Shown here one piece after another: positions 39,729 to 52,000 of a DNA stretch of 64,000 bases; position 1 is the stretch's first letter, and each line of letters opens with the position of its first letter. The DNA is from Lingula anatina (taxonomy: Eukaryota; Animalia; Brachiopoda), in assembly GCA_051362555.1 (NCBI GenBank), contig CM120640.1:57638788-57702787 (forward strand), read 5' to 3'. The translations under genes were made by a program, and so were the position numbers. The notes beneath the pieces were generated by a model, which was not told where the DNA came from, ran no database searches, and was given only the letters and a program-made list of their open reading frames with translations.

Positions 39729-41772
39729 TATTTAGCGTGAACCCCCAGGGAGTTAGGTCGATCTAAAGTAGGTCGATCTAATCTATGGAAATGGGGTGTT
39801 AGATCACTGTTAGATAGCACTATATGAAAAAGTAACACACACACACACACAAAGCTAGATAAATATTTTTTGTAATATTCCTTGATTGTCCATTCTTTTT
39901 AAGGCTGAAAATGCACTGGTGTATTTGATGTAAGCTGTCTATCTGAATATTTTAGAAAACATATTATTTCAGTAATTTTAGCCAGTCTACATGTATTTAC
40001 TTCAACTTTCGTGAATGGCTAGATCGCTGCCTAAATTACTTCACAAATGCATTTCAATAAAGAATATTCTCAATCTTTATTTAAGCAAAAGATCAGCAGA
40101 TAGTGTGGCGAGTTGAGTCGTTGAAAATCCTTTGCTTGCAAAAGTTAATTAAAAAAAACAGTTTGTTCCTAAAACAAGTTGTCATAGCAACAAAATTTAC
40201 GTGGGTACCTATCATTTTTTTATTTACGTCTGTTTCTGTATTGACCATATTGCACGTGCCATGGCATTAGGGGGAAAACAACACCTGGCACGGACAAATG
40301 GATAGATAAATATCTGCGTTATTTTTCTTCTTCTTCTATATGTTCCGATCGTATCGGCGAAGTTATCAACGGAACTACACGTTTTATGTAGCATGTTGTT
40401 TTATAGTCATTTATGGGCGTGTGCTTTAGCATCACAATGATGATCTAGGACAAAATGTCCGGGTGCTTGAGGATGGAGAGATTAAAAATCGATTTAGGAC
40501 CTACAGAACAACAAGTTTAACACGAAAAATGACTGGCGGAAATATATTTCAACGGCGAAGAGTGGCTGATATCAAAACTTTATATCTATCTCAATCTATG
40601 TCAGCATTTATGTGGACTACAAAAAGCGAATGTGTACGTGTAGACCCTTTTAGATATATTTTAGGGATATTTTCTACACGTCAAGAACTCGATTAAGGTT
40701 TTCTGAAGCACTACCGCACGTGTTCACAATCAGTGGCGCACCCATGCACTTCCTTGCGCACGTGTATTAAATGCAGGGTTTGGTTATCATCGGTTTGTAC
40801 AGGTCAGTCCCGTCGTAAATTTCGATCCACTTACGTCACGCTAACCTTAACCTGTACGAATCAAATCTAACAGTCTCTTAACACCAGCGCACTGTGCAAG
40901 CATGATCACGGTAATCTAAACTCCGTGACCTGGCCTCTGGTTGGTGTGATGACTGTAAACACCGTGTTTAAATATGCATGCCCAGTAGAGCGTCTTCATC
41001 CTGCCCAAGTACATGACAGTTGGCGAAAGAAATCGATGCGGAGTCCAGAATTAAATATTTTTCTCGAATGAATACTTCGTTCCTAATATTTTCTTTTCTT
41101 CACAGAAAATGTGTGGTGGTGGGCATTTTTAGCAAGCCATCTTGAAAGAATTCTATAGAAATATTTACAAGCAAAAATGAATTTTTCCTTTGGGGAAAAA
41201 GTTATTTTCTCCTACTGATAAATACACTTCCTTGCACTTTATTATGTTTTATTTCATTTTGATCTAATGGCCAAACGCTAATTAATATTTGGATACCCTT
41301 TGAACACACGTATTTTATTCATTTTCTGTAAGCCTAAGGGGAACACTCCTTTAATTTTGGATAGATTAGAACTGTTCATGGCATATTTTTCGGCCATTAA
41401 GTCTCCCCCCCCCCCCAAAAAAAAATCAATTTGCTTGGCCCAGAGAACGACTCATTATAGCGTATTTACGTCTAAGATGGGTCCAAACTTAAAGATGCAA
41501 TTTAAATGCAATTGCACTGCTCATATTTAAAAATAATACAAAAGGCCTTGGGTACTTGGTACACAAAAATTAAAAAAATACAAAATAAGACAAAGTTTCA
41601 CGGACTTTAACTGAATGTGCAAAAGACTGCAGTTGATATCATCTCTTTATGAGTTAGTAATCAAAGTGTATTGCCCATATTTAATCTGTATACGTGATAC
41701 ATTAAAGTCTTACTCCGGTGATGCCGCGATAATATCGAAGTTGGGCGTGTCGCACTACACGCCTACGATATT

Positions 41773-41775
41773 ACA

Positions 41776-41819
<44 letters not shown>

Positions 41820-41828
41820 CATACACAC

Positions 41829-41840
<12 letters not shown>
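41773..41840. repeat. (CA)n microsatellite
   Basis: Direct reading. Confidence 0.95.
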
Positions 41841-41860
<20 letters not shown>

Positions 41861-43278
41861 CTGCACAGCTACAACTAGCGGAGATAACGATTGTGCTTCA
41901 CGGTCGTGCCAACACAGAAACTATTCAAATGTTGAGGTGTCAAATGTTTTGGCCCGACAAGTTGGTAAATAATCCATCTAGAGTGGGCCTATCTTTCTTA
42001 TCATTTTACATGTACCGTACATGACAGTATTGACAATAGTTTTGTTGAACACATGTATCATGTATATCTAATCGAATGACAAACAAAATTGCTGTAAATG
42101 TGATTTTAATAGCGTAGATGAAAACCTAGATTAAAACTTCATGGTCTTCTTTTATGTCAGACTGACATTAATTTTTCCTAATATTATGCAGATGTTTACG
42201 GAAGGACCTGCAAAGAACATAATCATTGTCAGAGTAAGGGGGCACATTGACGAGGGGCGTTCTCTTCCTTAGCTTCTATAAAAATTGTATTTTTACAGGT
42301 AACCAAACTGAATGAAGCTCAACAAAAAAAGGTGACACATAGACACGTGTGCCCCACACGAAGCCCCCTTTCTTGTGCCCCAAATCCTGGTCGTTAGTGT
42401 GTTCTATTTCAAAGTTTTTTTAGAAATGATTGGCCTGCACGCCCACGCGATTCTAGCAAAGATAGCACGCATGCATGCACGCGCGCATCCGCAAGGAGAG
42501 TGAAATATGACCAGTGCTCGTTTTTCCTCGGTGAGCAGCAAATCTGAATCACTGTTTGGAGGCAATCTCTTCTTGTATCAAAATATGCCGATGTGTAACA
42601 GGTTTGTGGTCACTTATCTTTCCTCCTCTCGCAAGAATTTAAGTCCAACATGCCAATAAGTAAACCACGCATAAAGCCTTTATTTATGTATTTTTTCCAG
42701 TTTTTTAAGAACCCAGTATAATATGCATGGTGTACCACGTTACTTAAAATGCCCACCCTCAATGAGTCAGCAGTAGCAACGGTGTAAGATATTGAAGTTA
42801 CACATATCAAAATGATGGTCCGGAACAAACCACCTATACTTTTGTTCTTTTCCATTCATCACGAACAATTGTTTAAAATATAATAGCGCCTGCTCAATTA
42901 TAAGTCAGGAGTACAGCGTACCATGCGGGTCGGTGTATGCACATTGTAGGTAATTCTGCTCAAAGCGCACGGGTTTGTTCATATACTGGTGGCCAGAGCT
43001 CAAAGCCTGACGTCGCAGGTGAATTTTCCCAGGACGCTGCTCGACCCATTAACCACGAAGACGAGTATTCCTGGTCCATAATGACTGGGTAGGATAAAGC
43101 GCCTCAGGTACAAATGCTACCACCCGACATGCATACGGCTACGAGGCAACTTGGCATTTACCATTTAACGCTTATTTTCTATCAACTACTCTGCAATGAC
43201 TGACGGATGTTAGAAGAAGAGCCCCCCCCCCCCCTCCGGTCCTGACAGCCCGTCTTGTGCAACAGAATGAAATACATA

Positions 43279-43314
<36 letters not shown>
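43279..43314. repeat. (AAT)n microsatellite
   Basis: Direct reading. Confidence 0.95.
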
Positions 43315-43315
<1 letters not shown>

Positions 43316-44747
43316 TTTATTGACCACTATATGATATGAGGATACATTTGCAGGCTCACCAGACTATATTATTTACTGAATATACATGTATAAGGATGGT
43401 AAAAATGTCTGATGGATTTCAGGCCTGCCCCTTTCTCCCTTCTTAAGTTTTTTAAACGGATCGTATTCAGGGTTTCATTACATCTGTTTAGCTCCGCGAC
43501 AATATTGTATTCAATGTTTTATAAAGTTACTAAAACATATATAAATAACATATTCCATAAATTTGTAAAAAAAAAAAAAAAAAAACCACTTTACAACTTC
43601 CGCTAAATCGTATAAAAGATCAGAAATTTAATGTATGCAGTTTTACTTTACGTTCAGAGCACTACTGAACTCTTTAGAGTTTAACGTTTCAAGGCTACTT
43701 GGTTAAAAAGGTCTCAATGAAGCAAAATACTATCATTGCACGGGAGCTGGCTTTGAATTATAGTAATTTCTGTTACCAGTGCAAGGCTGCCCACGACCTT
43801 TGCCGATGGATATAGATCTAGACTTGACACTTTTGCTTGGATATGGTTGTGGACTCAGTCATATGCATGTTGTTTTGCTGCTTTAGAAAATTTTCCTACT
43901 AATTACAAAGATTACATATAACAAGTGATTTATTATATTGCACATATAAGAATTGTGCATCTTTCTTAGAAAAGCATCAGTCTACCTTCCTGCTATATTC
44001 AATGCACAGTTATCTATTGAAGATGCACGGATGTCACTGAATAGATAAGAGGACCAATACGGCGATGATTTTCATAGCTTATGCTTTATCATAAATCAGT
44101 AGACCCATTATCATATCACGCCTGTTTGATTTACCCCTAATAATTAAAGTTTACTTATACTGTTTACGGTCTATACGCTCTTGACTATTTTTGCGCTAAG
44201 CACGATGCAGAATATTAGCCTTTACGTACAAGAATGATTTACGTGATTACGAATAAAGGATTTTGAGCGGACTCTCAATCGTTTTTTTTTTTTTCAATTC
44301 TAAGTTTAAACAGCAATCTGTGGCTGTCTCGCTTTTGTACGGCAGAGCCGTCACGTCTTTAGTTGGTGCAGTCACCGGGTCAAGATGGATGACCGTGTGG
44401 GCAAGATATCAAATTCGTGTCCAGACACTTTAAGCACATTGTTATCACAAAAAATCGCATATTTTCTATAAATTGAACCGGTCAGCCATTACAAATCATG
44501 CTGCATGTGGCGTAGAACAGTCGTTTACTTGTGATGAATGTCTAAAATACAAAATGCTTAATGCAGATAATGCAAATGTGTATAAGGGTTGCATCTTTAA
44601 AAAAGTTTATGTTAATTCGACATGTGCACTAAATATCGATTCTTCATCAACTTTTTTTATAATGGTATGTCTCTTGGCGTAGAATGCACTTATGAGTCTG
44701 AAAAAAGAGAATGATCGATTCAGGCTTTTGTGGACTGGACATAGTTA

Positions 44748-44823
44748 ATAAATAAATATTTGTGCATTTCTTTATACAAATTATAATAAATAAATGTTTG
44801 TGCATTTTCTTATACAAATTATT
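44748..44823. repeat. Tandem duplication, ~37-bp unit x2
   Basis: ATAAATAAAT(A/G)TTTGTGCATTT..TTATACAAATTAT occurs twice. Confidence 0.8.
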
Positions 44824-45171
44824 AGGGAGAGTCTCTCTCTCTCTCTCTCTCTCTTTTCCATCGGTCACTTACATCATTGATACATGTATCACTTCTGCAT
44901 TCGCACACGTGTGGATACTCGTGCATGTAGGTACAGATGTAGCCTACATGTACATGTGCGTTTTTGCAATCAGACGCATACACTGTACGTGTACTTCCAA
45001 TAATTAAATAATTTTAAATGCAGAATATTCATGACAGAACTGACAGTCTGCCAAAAAACAGGCTAAATTTTGATTTAGGCCCTACGAGTAAAATCTTCAA
45101 TTTTCTGAAAGATAATTTCACACTTAAAATCATCGAAGTTTAACTGTCCAAAACGCAGTTATCCTTTAACC

Positions 45172-45269
45172 CACAAAGATGTGTGACATGAAATCTACAG
45201 ATGGTCATTCTGTAGATTTCAGGTCACACATCTTTGTGTGTGACATGAAATCTACAGATGGTCATTCTG
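45172..45269. repeat. 30-bp-stem hairpin followed by a direct copy of the first arm and loop
   Basis: CACAAAGATGTGTGACATGAAATCTACAGA-tggtcat-TCTGTAGATTTCAGGTCACACATCTTTGTG (one mismatch). 45237-45269 repeats 45180-45212. Confidence 0.9.
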
Positions 45270-45629
45270 AATTCATCTCTAAGTTGTTGTCATGAAGTCA
45301 TGCATTTCATAAGCAGCGCTTGTTGATTCTGTCCACTCTTTTTATCGGATTGATCAGATAACTTATTTTGACCAATCAGAGGCGCCCTTTAGAAGACTCA
45401 GGGCCATTCGAATGACCAGGGTTATTGTCTCTTTCGTGGTCACCACCTATTCTAAAAGAAAACAAAAACATATTTTAGGGAATGACAGATCTGTTTGATA
45501 CTCCACTACATGGACACACCCGCTGAGGGTAACAGTACATATTGCATTGTCTGTAGCCAACAGGCTTAAATTTTGCCGAACGTTGGTTGCAGGCGACGTG
45601 AAGTTCACGCAGTTCCAAGCTCCAACATC

Positions 45630-46002
45630 ATGGGAGGTGGAAGAGGACAGGGAAGAAATGTAGGAGGCTGCGAGTTAAGTTGGGTCACGGGTTTGGTCTT
45701 GGTGTTTCTTGCTGTAGCAGCATGCGTTGGCACTGCCGTCGTCACATATTTCATAACTTATGAATTTGTGAAAGATCGGTTACTTGAAACAAAACTTTCA
45801 GAATTAACAGCACACAGCGCACAAGGAGGAGAGTTCCCCAATAAAAAGAATTATCTAAAATTAGGTGAACTTTATGAAGTTGACAATGGGAGATCTTCGA
45901 TCAAACTCACTGCGGCCAGGTCTAGACTTGCTCGTCATGTGGAATCCGTTGACGGGGGCATTATGTCTTCCCAGACCAGCGGCAGTTCCGTGGGGAATAA
46001 TG
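45630..46002 (+). CDS. First coding exon: short cytoplasmic tail, signal-anchor TM helix and stalk
   Basis: MGGGRGQGRNVGGCELSW-VTGLVLVFLAVAACVGTAVVTYFITY. It ends at a G|GTGAGT phase-1 donor, in frame with the acceptor at 53502/53503. Confidence 0.75.
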
Positions 46003-49000
46003 GTGAGTGCCCCAATGTAATTTTTAAGTCAATGACAGTTTCACTTATTTTATTTCGCTTTTTTTTTTACAACATGATGGACAGAAAATTAAATACATAA
46101 TTGTTTATTCCGCAACGCCTCGAATGTTGTTGATAAAGATCACGTTTCAAATCGCTGTATCAAAAGAAAACAGCTGAGCGCTTTTGAAATAACAACAAAG
46201 AATATGATAAATATACCTGCCTGAATAAAATATATTCATTAATACTTATACAAATTACTTCGATAGTAACCTAACTAATTTGTCTGATTTATTCTAAATT
46301 AAGATGTCATATTTCATATCATACAAAAATGCTGTGACACGAAGATGATAATGGTTTAGTGGTCCATAATTGTATTTTACATCTAAGCAGTGCGTTTTGC
46401 CAATTTTCCTGCTACTATACAAAGAGATAAGAGCGGATTTAACATGTGCTAAAGATAGATAAAAGAAGTGATTATATTTTGTTAAGACTTTATAAACAGT
46501 GTCCTACACCCGGGTGTATAACTTAGTACCCACACTTAGTCCGACCAAGGAATTGGATATCTAAGATTGGGTTCCCATCCCTAGATCGATCTAACAGGAT
46601 CGGTCCATCTCCACGGGGTTTTTCGCTAAATTGATTTCAGCATGTGGCTTAAATGTCTGGGACGCCTACTAAAGCTGCTAAACGATAGTTAATTACCCCC
46701 TATCAACTTCAGTAGGCGTGACAGACATCTAAGCCGCTTAAATTAATTGCAATTAAGTGAGAATCCCCTTGGAGATAGTTCGATCCAAAGTTAGTACGAT
46801 AGTCTCTGGGAATTGTTTCTAATTCCTTGGTCTGACCAAGGAGTAGCATGCTGCAACTTCTTAAGCTTGGTCTGAAATAGCCCAAGATTTTTTAAATGGA
46901 TGATTCAGTTGACGTCCAATGATAGTTGCAAAGTGTCAAAAATATTATATTCTATATTTTATAACAATAACAAGAGCAAACACACTGGAAAAAATGAACG
47001 CGGGGTTTACACAATCACGTCTTGATAGTAAGTCACGTGCGACCAAAAAAAAAAACGCTGTGACCCGTGGCCATGACGTGGTAATTCCTATAGACATTCA
47101 AATGTAATAGAAATTAGATGAAACAGAGGAAAGCGATAAAAACACCGAATACACAGTTCACAGAATTTTGTTATTAACTGAGCGCATGCCGATTTTCAGC
47201 TTTCAGTGAACCGTTTGCAGAGTTAAACCCGGTACAGTCGATATTTTCCCATTTTCTTAATAGAATAGAAAGGTATTATAGATATTCGCCTATTTTTATT
47301 TTATGTGTTCCCCTTTTCTGTTTTCAGATTATGAGCAAAGCATCAATCTTGTAAGAGTTTTGTTCTTTTCTATAAGAAACCAGACTTGTTAAATACATTT
47401 CACACTGAAATGCAAATTTGACCATTGAAAATAATACAATTTAATACTTCTGCTTAAATCAGGAAGCCGCTTCTGACAAAACTAGGCCCTCAAAAGTAAA
47501 CTCTTTTCTTTTATAATCCCAGCGGCTACCTATTCGGTAAACCATACATTACCGAACCCCAGTGCGTCAAATAATGATATCAGGTAGTTCAAAAGACCAG
47601 GGTGTGCGACATTAACCACTAATAAGGTCCTATTTACAGGGTACTTTCTTGATAAGCCCTTGGTACCAACATGGTGGGTATGATGATTCCAAGATGATCT
47701 TTATACTTAAGGGAAGTTACATTTGTCACAGGTTTATACAAATATCAAATAATACTCTCCTTTCATAAGACAGAGTAAGGTATATCTTCACATTTGAACA
47801 AGTATAGCTGCATTCGGAGCTGACCCCTAGCTCAACAGTAAGAGCCTACTGAGCCTTAGGGAGCGTTCACATAAACCCATTGTATTAGCTGGATCGATCT
47901 GACTCCACGGGGATTCTCGCTAAATTAAGCCCACACGATAGTTTATTACCCCCAGCAGCTTGTGTAGGCGTGCCAGACAATTAAGCTGCAGCGACAAGCC
48001 CCCGCATAGTTAGATCGACCCAGCTGGTGCGAGGGGGTATGTGAACGCAGTCCAAACTTTTTAGTCACTGACAATACCCTATAGAAGGGAATGAAAATTT
48101 AAAGGGTGCGATCATAAAGAATTTGTCGTTCTAATGCGCACTAACTCTACGAGGACTCTCGCTGAATGCAGTCATATTAACAAACAAACACGCCTCTCCC
48201 TGGCGTTGAATATAGAAAAACTGGTGATTATACGCGTACGTTTGAGACAACTCTGATAATCTGAATGCCTTTAGCAAGAGTTGAGTTAGTGTGCCAGTAC
48301 GATAGATTCATTGTGAATGCACCCTTAGTGACTAGGGCCACACAGATCGCACATCAACATAGCTCTGTGTATGATCCTAATAGGCTACAGCTAGAGAAAA
48401 TAAGCTTTTATTCATGGATGAACTATTTGGCGTCCAAAACAGCAACGGCGTCAGTTTGTTTCCACTGTTATCATAATTTTTCTTACGTACCTCAAAGTTG
48501 CAAGAAACTAAATCTATGAAATTTGTGCAAATTTCTAGAAAAAATATTTCAATTATCACCTCAATTTTTTTTTTGTTTCAAAATAGATACTTTGTCGAAA
48601 ATTTTTCGAATGAAATATAGAATGCCTGTGAACCCTTTATCTGAAAGTAGAAAGGATGCGCTTTTTCTTTTTATTTCATACTGTATGGGCTCATTCACAT
48701 TGAAACTATGGGTCTACTTAGATCGATCCAACTCCACGGGGACTCTCGCTGAATATAACCAGTTTAACAGATTAACATGCCTCCTCCAGGCTTTAAGGCC
48801 GGTGATAGTAAAAGGACCAAAGTCATAGAAACAAAGCCCTGGGCTTATAAGTTTTTATAAAAAATTAAAACAAACTTCCCAAAAGGCCAATTAAAGACGG
48901 GGATTAAGTACAGTGTCCAACGGATGACGCTCTGGCGCCAATTTGAGGGGAAAAATGCCGTTTTCGGTATTGGGATTTTCTCTATAACCAAGACAGCTAT

Positions 49001-52000
49001 TCAAGTGATTCAAAAGGCCTCATAAAGCTGGGTGAAAGCACTTCAGCGCGGTACCAGGGAATTGTCTTAAACTATTTACTTTTGATTTTATCATCTTTTA
49101 CGTTAAATTACCCCATATTTCAATGGCTTATTCACTTCAAAAGGCGATATCTTTCAAACAAACAATTTTCTCTTAAACCCCTGATATCATGCTGTAGTCC
49201 ACATTCCTAACAACAATAGGTGCAACTTTTGTAACGATCGGTTGCTCAGATAGTGAGATATACTTGGCAGCGATTCACTTATCTTGTCAATATAGAAAGC
49301 TGTTAAAACAGCCAAAAACGTTCACAGGTTGGTTAACAGGGCTTATTAGTCAAATGCTTAGCTGGCAAATTTACCTGTTATCGGTTATACGATCAGCTGG
49401 AACCATTGCTTATTGTCATCTAAAAATATTTTGTTTGGGTGCTTTGAAGGGGCAGAAAATCGTGCTTTTGTTACATTTTCCGACCACTCGTTAGGCATGT
49501 AAGCGTGCCGCCATTTTGATTGACAGCTCTGGAGAGGGCCCTAGCCTAGTGATGCCCAGTAGGGTGTCAAGGATATGTAGAAGGAAGCGCTAACAAAGGC
49601 GATTACGTTTAACCGCAATTAAGAGGTGTGAAGTCGCATTTGAACGTTTCAATGGCTCTTCCTCGGCAATCGAGTAATTTTACCTGAGAGATTCCTTCTT
49701 TGTTATCGGCAAAGTGATCAGATAAAACTGTGTCGAGAGCAAGTGTCCGTCACTTGTGTTGATACGAGTTTTTTGACGGGTAACGCTGCAGGATTATTTT
49801 GCACGGCACTTGGTAGTCGTCAGATCAACGGAAAAATCCAGTGATTACTTCAGAGCGGTCTCGCTCAAAATGCCAGCTAAGATAAAGGGGAGACGCTCAG
49901 CTGCACAAGATTCAGCGGTAAAAGTGGCTGAGAGAAGGCTTTTGAATAAATATTTTATTTTTACACACATGACACTTAGACCCTATTTGCTTTTTACCTG
50001 CTAGCCTTGACTATTCTCGGGGTCTTTTTGTGATTTTCATTTTTGGACACTTGAACTCTTTCTTCCCGCTTGATCAGTGATTTTGAAATTGTTTTTCTCC
50101 AAATATCGCAAAATGCAAAGCCGCTAACATGCGTTTTTATTTTTATTGTTTTAATCATGCTGTCCAGCTTTGCTTGGATTTCTCTTGTTTGGCCATTCAA
50201 ATCACAATTTTTCGCGTGTCTCTCAAGCTCCATGATATCATATCTTGGAGAATAAAATTTTATTTTGTCAACATTAGATTTACCTTTTGCAAACGGCGAC
50301 CAACAATCATTTCCGGTTTCGTAACGTGTCGCAGATACGCTCGACGATATATATCGTAAAAATTAAAGGCTAGGCTAAGAGTATCCTTTTTTAGCTTTTT
50401 TTATTTATGTTTTTATCGATTTTTCTTTCATTTGTCAATTAATTTAGACGTTTCGATTAACTCTTTCACCCATTTATTAGGTATACAGAAATCAGTCATC
50501 CGACTGAACAAATAGGGCCGGTTTTCCCCAACCGCCACGCATAGGCCTTACTCTCAAAATTTTCCTTCTTTCCTCTGGAAAGGGACTTTTAACACGAACT
50601 TTTCTCTTCCCCATAGTGTACTAGCTAGACTTCTTCGCTGCTAAGCTGATGTAAGACTTATGACCTATTACCGCACACGTAATCGGCTTATAACTCATTA
50701 ACTGTGCTCCGACCCCCTCATGGCAACGGCCCTTAGTAACAGAGGCGTGGCTTAGTTGTCAGCCTGACTGGGGCGCGTGCCGGTTGAAAAACTCATCAAA
50801 AGACGCATTTTGCGATGCAAATTCATAAAAATTATTACATCCAACGTTAGATACTTTTTTGATTAATATAAACACACAAAAAACTCAAAAACACGATTTT
50901 AAGCGTATTTAACCCTATCACCGGCCTTAAGTATTAGCTTTAAGTATTATTTAATAGAAAGGCTGGTGATTATATTACAAGTACGTTGAAATCAAGGATG
51001 AGCCCTATGGCTTGAACGAAAGCTTATACCTACTTAATTAAGGGCGTATAATATTTAAGGCCGACTACTCAAGCGTGACCGAAAGACCTTGACTTCACTC
51101 CTAACTTATGTAACTTAAAACCGTAAAGCGAGCACACGCACGTTAATCATTATATAATGGTAAGTGCGTGACAACAATGTCATGCCTTACCAAACGTCGG
51201 TAGCGTGGTTGTGCACAAAGGGAATGGGGTATGGCCGTCTGATTTTTGTCTTATATCTTTTTAACTGCATACCATCGATCAGATACTTGAGCTGGATGTT
51301 TTCGTATCAAATGATATGTTTGTCCAATGACAGACAGTTTTTTCAACCGATCTCTTAAATTATTTTAAGAAAAATAATATTATGACCCCCACAGACGTCT
51401 ACCTGCTTATTTCTGCATAACAGGACACGTGTTTTTTCACGTGTCACCTCTGAACACCCATTTACTAGTAGATTGACAAATGTGATGGCCTGTTCCCGCA
51501 GGAGTTCCTTTAATATGTTTTCGTGGTTTTATTACTTTTAAATGTTCCTGTCCAGTAGGTTGTAGAGGAAATTGCGTTTGTTACTCATCTTGTATCATAG
51601 AAATCAGTTTTTTTTAACGGAGATATGAAAGATAGACAAACTAAGTTTTTTTATGGTGTTCGCTCCAGTAGGTTGTAAAGGAAACCGCGCTTGTTACTCA
51701 TCTTATATCACAGAAATCAGTTTTATTCTTTTACGGAGATATGAAAGATAGACAAACTTAGTTTTTATGATGTCCACTCCCACTTACTAATAAGCACAAT
51801 GATTCAATGCTGAAGTCAAAATTGTCATTAAATTGAAATAAATATCTCTTAACTGTTCCAATATTAACAGTGCCACAATTGTCATAAAAGATTAAATTTT
51901 CAGACAACATGTCTTGATTGTAATGATAAGATCATTAAATTGCAATTCTTTGCTCAATATTCTTTTTTCATGAGAATAAATTTATAAGTACTTATATGTC

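Larger units (their letters stand above)
37664..39797. mobile_element. Family A MITE split by the pogo-like insertion (arms ~37664-37805 and ~39729-39797)
   Basis: Inverted ends TTCCCATAGAT..TAGATCGATCT / AGGTCGATCTAATCTATGGAAAT, with a core shared with other family A copies. Confidence 0.65.

Noticed and set aside
51551-51780. CRISPR-like array
   Set aside because: Only two ~113-bp tandem units with no unique spacers, no cas genes and a eukaryotic context.
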